Positions 1-10,844 of a stretch of DNA of 64,000 nucleotides are shown here, piece after piece. Source of the DNA: the human T2T-CHM13v2.0 reference genome, Homo sapiens; the NCBI RefSeq assembly GCF_009914755.1, contig NC_060941.1. One strand, given 5' to 3'. The position numbers and the translations under genes are program-made. Each line of letters begins with the position of its first letter. Positions within the stretch are counted from its first letter, which is position 1. The notes below the pieces were generated by a model. That model was not told the origin of the DNA and did no database searches. It saw only the letters and a program-made list of their open reading frames with translations.

Positions 1-142
1 AAAAAGAAGACAGAAGCTTTCTCAGAAAATTCTTTGGGATGATTGAGTTGAACTCACAGAGCTGAACATTCCTTGCGATGGAGCAGTTTAGAAACACACT
101 TTCTGCAGAATCTGCAAGTGCATATTTGGACCTCTCTGAGGA

Positions 143-159
143 ATTCGTTGGAAACGGGA
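143..159 (+). promoter_or_regulatory. CENP-B box overlapping the EcoRI site (representative; M1 of each HOR)
   Basis: attcgttggaaacggga matches the binding consensus NTTCGNNNNANNCGGGN. Confidence 0.9.
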
Positions 160-308
160 TAATTTCAGCTGACTAAACAGAAGCAGTCTCAGAATCTTCT
201 TTGTGATGTTTGCATTCAAATCCCAGAGTTGAACTTTCCTTTCAAAGTTCACGTTTGAAACACTCTTTTTGCAGGATCTACAAGTGGATATTTGGACCAC
301 TCTGTGTC

Positions 309-325
309 CTTCGTTCGAAACGGGT
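309..325 (+). promoter_or_regulatory. Variant CENP-B box cttcgttcgaaacgggt (M2; also in M7)
   Basis: All nine core positions of NTTCGNNNNANNCGGGN are retained, and there is an extra CpG. Confidence 0.85.
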
Positions 326-3300
326 ATATCTTCACATGACATCTAGACAGAAGCATTCTCAGAAGCTTCTCTGTGATGACTGCATTCAACTCACGGAGTT
401 GAACACTCCTTTTGAGAGCGCAGTTTTGAAACTCTCTTTCTGTGTCATCTGCAAGGGGACATGTAGACCTCTTTGAAGATTTCGTTGGAAACGGAATCAT
501 CTTCACATAAAAACTATACAGATGCATTCTCAGGAACTTTTTGGTGATGTTTGTATTCAACTCCCAGAGTTGAACTTTCCTTTGGAAAGAGCAGCTATGA
601 AACACTCTTTTTCTAGAATCTGCAAGTGGACGTTTGGAGGGCTTTGTGGTTTGTGGTGGAAAAGGAAATATCTTCACCTAAATACTACATAGAAGCATTC
701 TCAGAAACTGCTTTGTGATGATTGCATTCACCTCACAGAGTTGAACATTCCTATTGATAGAGGAGTTTGGAAACACTCCTGTTGTGGAATGTGCAAGTGG
801 AGATTTGGAGCGCTTTGAGGCCTATGGTAGTAAAGGGAATAACTTCATAGAAAAACTAGACAGAAGCATTCTCAGAAAATACTTTGTGATGATTGAGTTT
901 AACTCACAGAGCTGAACATTCCTTTGGATGGAGCAGGTTTGAGACACACTTTTTGTAGAATCTACACGTGGATATTTGGACCTCTCTGAGGATTTCTTTG
1001 GAAACGGGATAACTGCACCTAACTAAACGGAAGCATTCTCAGAAACTTCTTGGTGATGTTTGCATTCAAATCCCAGAGTTGAACATTCCTTTGACAGTTC
1101 AGGTTTGAAACACTCTTTTTGTAGGTTCTGCAAGTGGATATTTGGACCACTCTGTGGCCTTCGTTCGAAACGGGTACATCTTCGCATAAAATCTAGACAG
1201 AAGCCTTCTCAGAAACTTCTCTGTGATGATTGCATTCAACTCACAGAGTTGAACACTCCTATGGATAGAGCAGTGTTGAAACTCTCTTTTTGTGGAATCT
1301 GCAAGTGGATATGTGGACCTCTCCGAAGATGTCTTTGGAAACGGGAATATCTTCACATAAAAACTAAACAGAAGCATTCTCAGAACCTTCTCTGTGATGT
1401 TTGTGTTCAACTCCCAGAGTTTCACATTGCTTTTCATAGAGTAGTTCTGAAACATGCTTTTCGTAGTGTCTGCAAGTGGACGTTTGGAGCGCTTTCAGGC
1501 CTGTGGTGGAAAAGGAATTATGGTCACATAAAAACTGGAGAGAAGCATTGTCAGAAACTTCTTTGTGATGATTGCATTCAACTCACAGAGTTGAAGGTTC
1601 CTTTTCAAACAGCAGTTTCCAAACACCCTTTCTGTGGAATCTGCAAGTGGATGTTTGGACCTCTTGGAAGATTTCGTTGGAAACGGGAGAATCTTCACAG
1701 AAAAGCTAAACAGAAGCATTCTCAGAAACTTCTTTGTGATGCTTGCATTCAACTCACAGAGTTGAACTTTCCTTTCGAGAGAGAAGCTTTGAAACACTCT
1801 TTTTCCAGAATCTGCAAGTGGACATTTGGAGGGCTTTGAGGCCTGTGGTGGAAAAGGAATTATCTTCCCGTAAAAGCTAGATAGAAGCATTCTCAGAAAC
1901 TACTTTGTGATGATTGCATTCAAGTCACAGAGCTGAACATTCCCTTTGACAGAGCAGTTTGGAAACTCTCTTTGTGTAGAATCTGCAAGTGGAGATATGG
2001 AATGCTTTGAGGACTATGGTAGTAAAGGAAATAGCTTCATATAAAAGCTAGACAGTAGCATTCACAGAAAACTCTTGGTGACGACTGAGTTTAACTCACA
2101 GAGCTGAACATTCCTTTGGATGGAGCATTTTCGAAACACACTATTTGTAGAATCTGCAAGTGGATATTTGAGCCTCTCTGAGGATTTCGATGGAAACGGG
2201 ATAAACCGCACAGAACTAAAACAGAAGCATTCTCAGAACCCTCTTCGTGATGTTTGCATTCAACTCACAGTGCTGAAACTTTCTTTGATAGTTCAGCTTT
2301 GAAACACTATTTTTGTAGAAACTGCAAGTGGATACTTGGTCCTCTCTGAGGATTTCGTTGGAAAAGGGATAAACCGCACAGAACTAAACAGAAGCATTCT
2401 CAGAACCTTCTTCGTGATGTCTGCATTCAACTCACAGTGTGGAACCTTTCTTTGATAGTTCAGGTTTGAAACACTCTTTTTGTAGAGACTGCAAGGGGAT
2501 AATTGCACTTCTTTGAGGCCTACCGTAGTAAAGGAAATAACTTCCTATAAAAAGAAGACAGAAGCTTTCTCAGAAAATTCTTTGGGATGATTGAGTTGAA
2601 CTCACAGAGCTGAACATTCCTTGCGATGGAGCAGTTTAGAAACACACTTTCTGCAGAATCTGCAAGTGCATATTTGGACCTCTCTGAGGAATTCGTTGGA
2701 AACGGGATAATTTCAGCTGACTAAACAGAAGCAGTCTCAGAATCTTCTTTGTGATGTTTGCATTCAAATCCCAGAGTTGAACTTTCCTTTCAAAGTTCAC
2801 GTTTGAAACACTCTTTTTGCAGGATCTACAAGTGGATATTTGGACCACTCTGTGTCCTTCGTTCGAAACGGGTATATCTTCACATGACATCTAGACAGAA
2901 GCATTCTCAGAAGCTTCTCTGTGATGACTGCATTCAACTCACGGAGTTGAACACTCCTTTTGAGAGCGCAGTTTTGAAACTCTCTTTCTGTGGCATCTAC
3001 AAGGGGACATGTAGACCTCTTTGAAGATTTCGTTGGAAACGGAATCATCTTCACATCAAAACTATACAGATGCATTCTCAGGAACTTTTTGGTGATGTTT
3101 GTATTCAACTCCCAGAGTTGAACTTTCCTTTGGAAAGAGCAGCTATGAAACACTCTTTTTCTAGAATCTGCAAGTGGACGTTTGGAGGGCTTTGTGGTTT
3201 GTGGTGGAAAAGGAAATATCTTCACCTAAATACTACATAGAAGCATTCTCAGAAACGGCTTTGTGATGATTGCATTCACCTCACAGAGTTGAACATTCCT

Positions 3301-6300
3301 ATTGATAGAGCAGTTTGGAAACACTCCTGTTGTGGAATGTGCAAGTGGAGATTTGGAGCGCTTTGAGGCCTATGGTAGTAAAGGGAATAACTTCATAGAA
3401 AAACTAGACAGAAGCATTCTCAGAAAATACTTTGTGATGATTGAGTTTAACTCACAGAGCTGAACATTCCTTTGGATGGAGCAGGTTTGAGACACACTTT
3501 TTGTAGAATCTACAAGTGGATATTTCGACCTCTCTGAGGATTTCGTTGGAAACGGGATAACTGCACCTAACTAAACGGAAGCATTCTCAGAAACTTCTTG
3601 GTGATGTTTGCATTCAAATCCCAGAGTTGAACCTTCCTTTGATAGTTCAGGTTTGAAACACTCTTTTTGTAGGTTCTGCAAGTGGATATTTGGACCACTC
3701 TGTGGCCTTCGTTCGAAACGGGTACATCTTCGCATAAAATCTAGACAGAAGCCTTCTCAGAAACTTCTCTGTGATGATTGCATTCAACTCACAGAGTTGA
3801 ACACTCCTATGGATAGAGCAGTGTTGAAACTCTCTTTTTGTGGAATCTGCAAGTGGATATGTGGACCTCTCCGAAGATGTCTTTGGAAACGGGAATATCT
3901 TCACATAAAAACTAAACAGAAGCATTCTCAGAACCTTCTCTGTGATGTTTGTGTTCAACTCCCAGAGTTTCACATTGCTTTTCATAGAGTAGTTCTGAAA
4001 CATGCTTTTCGTAGTGTCTGCAAGTGGACATTTGGAGCGCTTTCAGGCCTGTGGTGGAAAACGAATTATGGTCACATAAAAACTGGAGAGAAGCATTGTC
4101 AGAAACTTCTTTGTGATGATTGCATTCAACTCACAGAGTTGAAGGTTCCTTTTCAAACAGCAGTTTCCAAACACCCTTTCTGTGGAATCTGCAAGTGGAT
4201 GTTTGGACCTCTTGGAAGATTTCGTTGGAAACGGGAGAATCTTCACAGAAAAGCTAAACAGAAGCATTCTCAGAAACTTCTTTGTGATGCTTGCATTCAA
4301 CTCACAGAGTTGAACTTTCCTTTCGAGAGAGAAGCTTTGAAACACTCTTTTTCCAGAATCTGCAAGTGGACATTTGGAGGGCTTTGAGGCCTGTGGTGGA
4401 AAAGGAATTATCTTCCCGTAAAAGCTAGATAGAAGCATTCTCAGAAACTACTTTGTGATGATTGCATTCAAGTCACAGAGCTGAACATTCCCTTTGACAG
4501 AGCAGTTTGGAAACTCTCTTTGTGTAGAATCTGCAAGTGGAGATATGGAATGCTTTGAGGACTATGGTAGTAAAGGAAATAGCTTCATATAAAAGCTAGA
4601 CAGTAGCATTCACAGAAAACTCTTGGTGACGACTGAGTTTAACTCACAGAGCTGAACATTCCTTTGGATGGAGCAGTTTCGAAACACACTATTTGTAGAA
4701 TCTGCAAGTGGATATTTGAGCCTCTCTGAGGATTTCGATGGAAACGGGATAAACCGCACAGAACTAAAACAGAAGCATTCTCAGAACCCTCTTCGTGATG
4801 TTTGCATTCAACTCACAGTGCTGAAACTTTCTTTGATAGTTCAGCTTTGAAACACTCTTTTTGTAGAAACTTCAAGTGGATACTTGGTCCTCTCTGAGGA
4901 TTTCGTTGGAAAAGGGATAAACCGCACAGAACTAAACAGAAGCATTCTCAGAACCTTCTTCGTGATGTCTGCATTCAACTCACAGTGTGGAACCTTTCTT
5001 TGATAGTTCAGGTTTGAAACACTCTTTTTGTAGAGACTGCAAGGGGATAATTGCACTTCTTTGAGGCCTACCGTAGTAAAGGAAATAACTTCCTATAAAA
5101 AGAAGACAGAAGCTTTCTCAGAAAATTCTTTGGGATGATTGAGTTGAACTCACAGAGCTGAACATTCCTTGCGATGGAGCAGTTTAGAAACACACTTTCT
5201 GCAGAATCTGCAAGTGCATATTTGGACCTCTCTGAGGAATTCGTTGGAAACGGGATAATTTCAGCTGACTAAACAGAAGCAGTCTCAGAATCTTCTTTGT
5301 GATGTTTGCATTCAAATCCCAGAGTTGAACTTTCCTTTCAAAGTTCACGTTTGAAACACTCTTTTTGCAGGATCTACAAGTGGATATTTGGACCACTCTG
5401 TGTCCTTCGTTCGAAACGGGTATATCTTCACATGACATCTAGACAGAAGCATTCTCAGAAGCTTCTCTGTGATGACTGCATTCAACTCACGGAGTTGAAC
5501 ACTCCTTTTGAGAGCGCAGTTTTGAAACTCTCTTTCTGTGGCATCTGCAAGGGGACATGTAGACCTCTTTGAAGATTTCGTTGGAAACGGAATCATCTTC
5601 ACATAAAAACTATACAGATGCATTCTCAGGAACTTTTTGGTGATGTTTGTATTCAACTCCCAGAGTTGAACTTTCCTTTGGAAAGAGCAGCTATGAAACA
5701 CTCTTTTTCTAGAATCTGCAAGTGGACGTTTGGAGGGCTTTGTGGTTTGTGGTGGAAAAGGAAATATCTTCACCTAAATACTACATAGAAGCATTCTCAG
5801 AAACTGCTTTGTGATGATTGCATTCACCTCACAGAGTTGAACATTCCTATTGATAGAGCAGTTTGGAAACACTCCTGTTGTGGAATGTGCAAGTGGAGAT
5901 TTGGTGCGCTTTGAGGCCTATTTTAGAAAAGGGAATAACTTCATAGAAAAACTAGACAGAAGCATTCTCAGAAAATACTTTGTGATGATTGAGTTCAACT
6001 CACAGAGCTGAACATTCCTTCGGATGGAGCAGGTTTGAGACACACTTTTTGTAGAATCTACAAGTGGATATTTGGACCTCTCTGAGGATTTCGTTGGAAA
6101 CAGGATAACTGCACCTAACTAAACGGAAGCATTCTCAGAAACTTCTTGGTGATGTTTGCATTCAAATCCCAGAGTTGAACCTTCCTTTGATAGTTCAGGT
6201 TTGAAACACTCTTTTTGTAGGATCTGCAAGTGGATATTTGGACCACTCTGTGGCCTTCGTTCGAAACGGGTACATCTTCGCAAAAAATCTAGACAGAAGC

Positions 6301-7784
6301 CTTCTCAGAAACTTCTCTGTGATGATTGCATTCAACTCACAGAGTTGAACCCCCCTATGGATAGAGCAGTGTTGAAACTCTCTTTTTGTGGAATCTGCAA
6401 GTGGATATGTGGACCTCTCCGAAGATGTCTTTGGAAACGGGAATATCTTCACATAAAAACTAAACAGAAGCTTTCTCAGAAACTTCTCTGTGATGTTTGT
6501 GTTCAACTCCCAGAGTTTCACATTGCTTTTCATAGAGTACTTCTGAAACATGCTTTTCGTAGTGTCTGCAAGTGGACGTTTGGAGCGCTTTCAGGCCTGT
6601 GGTGGAAAACGAATTATGGTCACATAAAAACTGGAGAGAAGCATTGTCAGAAACTTCTTTGTGATGATTGCATTCAACTCACAGAGTTGAAGGTTCCTTT
6701 TCAAACAGCAGTTTCCAATCACTCTTTCTGTGGAATCTGCAAGTGGATGTTTGGACCTCTTTGAAGATTTCGTTGGAAACGGGAGAATCTTCACAGAAAA
6801 GCTAAACAGAAGCATTCTCAGAAACTTCTTTGTGATGCTTGCATTCAACTCACAGAGTTGAACTTTCCTTTCGAGAGAGAAGCTTTGAAACACTCTTTTT
6901 CCAGAATCTGCAAGTGGACATTTGGAGGGCTTTGAGGCCTGTGGTGGAAAAGGAATTATCTTCCCGTAAAAGCTAGATAGAAGCATTCTCAGAAACTACT
7001 TTGTGATGATTGCATTCAAGTCACAGAGCTGAACATTCCCTTTGACAGAGCAGTTTGGAAACTCTCTTTGTGTAAAATCTGCAAGTGGAGATATGGAATG
7101 CTTTGAGGACTATGGTAGTAAAGGAAATAGCTTCATATAAAAGCTAGACAGTAGCATTCACAGAAAACTCTTGGTGACGACTGAGTTTAACTCACAGAGC
7201 TGAACATTCCTTTGGATGGAGCAGTTTCGAAACACACTATTTGTAGAATCTGCAAGTGGATATTTGGGCCTCTCTGAGGATTTTGATGGAAACGGGATAA
7301 ACCGCACAGAACTAAAACAGAAGCATTCTCAGAACCCTCTTCGTGATGTTTGCATTCAACTCACAGTGCTGAACCTTTCTTTGATAGTTCAGCTTTGAAA
7401 CACTCTTTTTGTAGAAACTGCAAGTGGATACTTGGTCCTCTCTGAGGATTTCGTTGGAAAAGGGATAAACCGCACAGAACTAAAAAGAAGCATTCTCAGA
7501 ACCTTCTTCGTGATGTCTGCATTCAACTCACAGTGTGGAACATTTCTTTGATACTTCAGGTTTGAAACACTCTTTTTGTAGAGACTGCAAGGGGATAATT
7601 GCACTTCTTTGAGGCCTACCGTAGTAAAGGAAATAACTTCCTATAAAAAGAAGACAGAAGCTTTCTCAGAAAATTCTTTGGGATGATTGAGTTGAACTCA
7701 CAGAGCTGAACATTCCTTGCGATGGAACAGTTTAGAAACACACTTTCTGCAGAATCTGCAAGTGCATATTTGGACCTCTCTGAG

Positions 7785-10700
7785 GAATTCGTTGGAAACG
7801 GGATAATTTCAGCTGACTAAACAGAAGCAGTCTCAGAATCTTCTTTGTGATGTTTGCATTCAAATCCCAGAGTTGAACTTTCCTTTCAAAGTTCACGTTT
7901 GAAACACTCTTTTTGCAGGATCTACAAGTGGATATTTGGACCACTCTGTGTCCTTCGTTCGAAACGGGTATATCTTCACATGACATCTAGACAGAAGCAT
8001 TCTCAGAAGCTTCTCTGTGATGACTGCATTCAACTCACGGAGTTGAACACTCCTTTTGAGAGCGCAGTTTTGAAACTCTCTTTCTGTGGCATCTGCAAGG
8101 GGACATGTAGACCTCTTTGAAGATTTCGTTGGAAACGGAATCATCTTCACATAAAAACTATACAGATGCATTCTCAGGAACTTTTTGGTGATGTTTGTAT
8201 TCAACTCCCAGAGTTGAACTTTCCTTTGGAAAGAGCAGCTATGAAACACTCTTTTTCTAGAATCTGCAAGTGGACGTTTGGAGGGCTTTGTGGTTTGTGG
8301 TGGAAAAGGAAATATCTTCACCTAAATACTACATAGAAGCATTCTCAGAAACTGCTTTGTGATGATTGCATTCACCTCACAGAGTTGAACATTCCTATTG
8401 ATAGAGGAGTTTGGAAACACTCCTGTTGTGGAATGTGCAAGTGGAGATTTGGAGCGCTTTGAGGCCTATGGTAGTAAAGGGAATAACTTCATAGAAAAAC
8501 TAGACAGAAGCATTCTCAGAAAATACTTTGTGATGATTGAGTTTAACTCACAGAGCTGAACATTCCTTTGGATGGAGCAGGTTTGAGACACACTTTTTGT
8601 AGAATCTACAAGTGGATATTTGGACCTCTCTGAGGATTTCGTTGGAAACGGGATAACTGCACCTAACTAAACGGAAGCATTCTCAGAAACTTCTTGGTGA
8701 TGTTTGCATTCAAATCCCAGAGTTGAACCTTCCTTTGATAGTTCAGGTTTGAAACACTCTTTTTGTAGGATCTACAAGTGGATATTTGGACCACTCTGTG
8801 ACCTTCGTTCGAAACGGGTACATCTTCGCATGACATCTAGACAGAAGCATTCTCAGAAGCTTCTCTGTGATGACTGCATTCAACTCACGGAGTTGAACAC
8901 TCCTTTTGAGAGCACAGTTTTGAAACTCTCTTTCTGTGGCATCTGCAAGGGGACATGTAGACCTCTTTGAAGATTTCGTTGGAAACGGAATCATCTTCAC
9001 ATAAAAACTATACAGATGCATTCTCAGGAACTTTTTGGTGATGTTTGTATTCAACTCCCAGAGTTGAAGTTTCCTTTGGAAAGAGCAGCTATGAAACACT
9101 CTTTTTCTAGAATCTGCAAGCGGACGTTTGGAGGGCTTTGTGGTTTGTGGTGGAAAAGGAAATATCTTCACCTAAATACTAGACAGAAGCATTCTCAGAA
9201 ACTTCTTGGTGATGTTTGCATTCAAATCCCAGAGTTGAACCTTCCTTTGATAGTTCAGGTTTGAAACACTCTTTTTGTAGGATCTGCAAGTGGATATTTG
9301 GACCACTCTGTGGCCTTCGTTCGAAACGGGTACATCTTCGCATAAAATCTAGACAGAAGCCTTCTCAGAAACTTCTCTGTGATGATTGCATTCAACTCAC
9401 AGAGTTGAACCCTCCTATGGATAGAGCAGTGTTGAAACTCTCTTTTTGTGGAATCTGCAAGTGGATATGTGGACCTCTCCGAAGATGTCTTTGGAAACGG
9501 GACTATCTTCACATAAAAACTAAACAGAAGCATTCTCAGAAACTTCTCTGTGATGTTTGTGTTCAACTCCCAGAGTGTCACATTGCTTCTCATAGAGTAG
9601 TTCTGAAACATGCTTTTCGTAGTGTCTGCAAGGGGACATTTGGAGCGCTTTCAGGCCTGTGGTGGAAAACGAATTATGGTCACATAAAAACTGGAGAGAA
9701 GCATTGTCACAAACTTCTTTGTGATGATTGCATTCAACTCACAGAGTTGAAGGTTCCTTTTCAAACAGCAGGTTCCAAACACTCTTTCTGTGGAATCTGC
9801 AAGTGGATATTTGGACCTCTTTGAAGATTTCGTTGGAAACGGGAGAATCTTCACAGAAAAGCTAAACAGAAGCATTCTCAGAAACTTCTTTGTGATGCTT
9901 GCATTCAACTCACAGAGTTGAACTTTCCTTTCGAGAGAGAAGCTTTGAAACACTCTTTTTCCAGAATCTGCAAGTGGACCTTTGGAGGGCTTTGATGTCT
10001 GTGGTGGAAATGGAATTATCTTCCCGTAAAAGCTAGATAGAAGCATTCTCAGAAACTACTTTGTGATGATTGCATTCAAGTCACAGAGCTGAACATTCCC
10101 TTTGACAGAGCAGTTTGGAAACTCTCTTTGTGTAGAATCTGCAAGTGGAGATATGGAATGCTTTGAGGCCTATGGTAGTAAAGGAAATAGCTTCATATAA
10201 AAGCTAGACAGTAGCATTCACAGAAAACTCTTGGTGACGACTGAGTTTAACTCACAGAGCTGGACATTCCTTTGGATGGAGCAGTTTCGAAACACACTAT
10301 TTGTAGAATCTGCAAGTGGATATTTGGGCCCCTCTGAGGATTTCGTTGGAAACGGGATAAACCGCACAGAACTAAAACAGAAGCATTCTCAGAACCCTCT
10401 TCGTGATGTTTGCATTCAACTCACAGTGCTGAAACTTTCTTTGATAGTTCAGCTTTGAAACACTCTTTTTGTAGAAACTGCAAGTGGATATTTGGTCCTC
10501 TCTGAGGATTTCGTTGGAAACGGGATAAACCACACAGAAATAAACAGAAGCATTCTCAGAACCTTCTTCGTGATGTCTGCATTCAACTCACAGTGTGGAA
10601 CCATTCTTTGATAGTTCAGGTTTGAAACACTCTTTTTGTAGAGACTGCAAGGGGATAATTGCACTTCTTTGAGGCCTACCGTAGTAAAGGAAATAACTTC

Positions 10701-10844
10701 CTATAAAAAGAAGACAGAAGCTTTCTCAGAAAATTCTTTGGGATGTTTGAGTTGAACTCACAGAGCTGAAAATTTCTTGCGATGGAGCAGTTTAGAAACA
10801 CACTTTCTGCAGAATCTGCAATTGCATATTTGGACCTCTCTGAG
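7785..10844 (+). repeat. 18-mer HOR variant, copy 1 (3060 bp)
   Basis: GAATTC spacing 3060 = 2548+512. Three extra monomers lie at ~8671-9182 (M7/M2 hybrid, M3, M4), after which M7 resumes. Confidence 0.92.

Larger units (their letters stand above)
141..7784 (+). repeat. Three 15-mer HOR variants (2548 bp each)
   Basis: GAATTC at 141, 2689, 5237, 7785 (spacing 2548 = 2715-167). The monomer containing gaaacggtctttctgtag, present in 16-mers, is absent. Confidence 0.95.

Noticed and set aside
2185-2201. tttcgatggaaacggga (also ~4733) and cttcgttccaaacgggt (~33422) as broken CENP-B boxes
   Set aside because: The changes are at non-core N positions, so the nine essential bases are intact. They were not counted as losses.
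2546-2552. TATAAAA in the last monomer of each HOR as a TATA box
   Set aside because: This is an expected AT-rich monomer-end variant. Satellite transcription exists, but nothing here supports a defined promoter.
1060-4387. 259-aa ORFs (1060-1839, 3608-4387) and the recurring 202-aa Cys/His-rich + strand ORFs
   Set aside because: 171 bp is divisible by 3, so frames stay open across monomers and give a 57-aa pseudo-repeat. Starts are TTG, there is no splice or promoter context, and the extension to 259 aa is one T>G change removing a TGA. The CxxC/H pattern is translated satellite, not a zinc finger.
8671-9182. 512-bp extra block as a mobile-element insertion
   Set aside because: It is entirely alpha-satellite monomers, with no poly-A, terminal repeats or target-site duplication.
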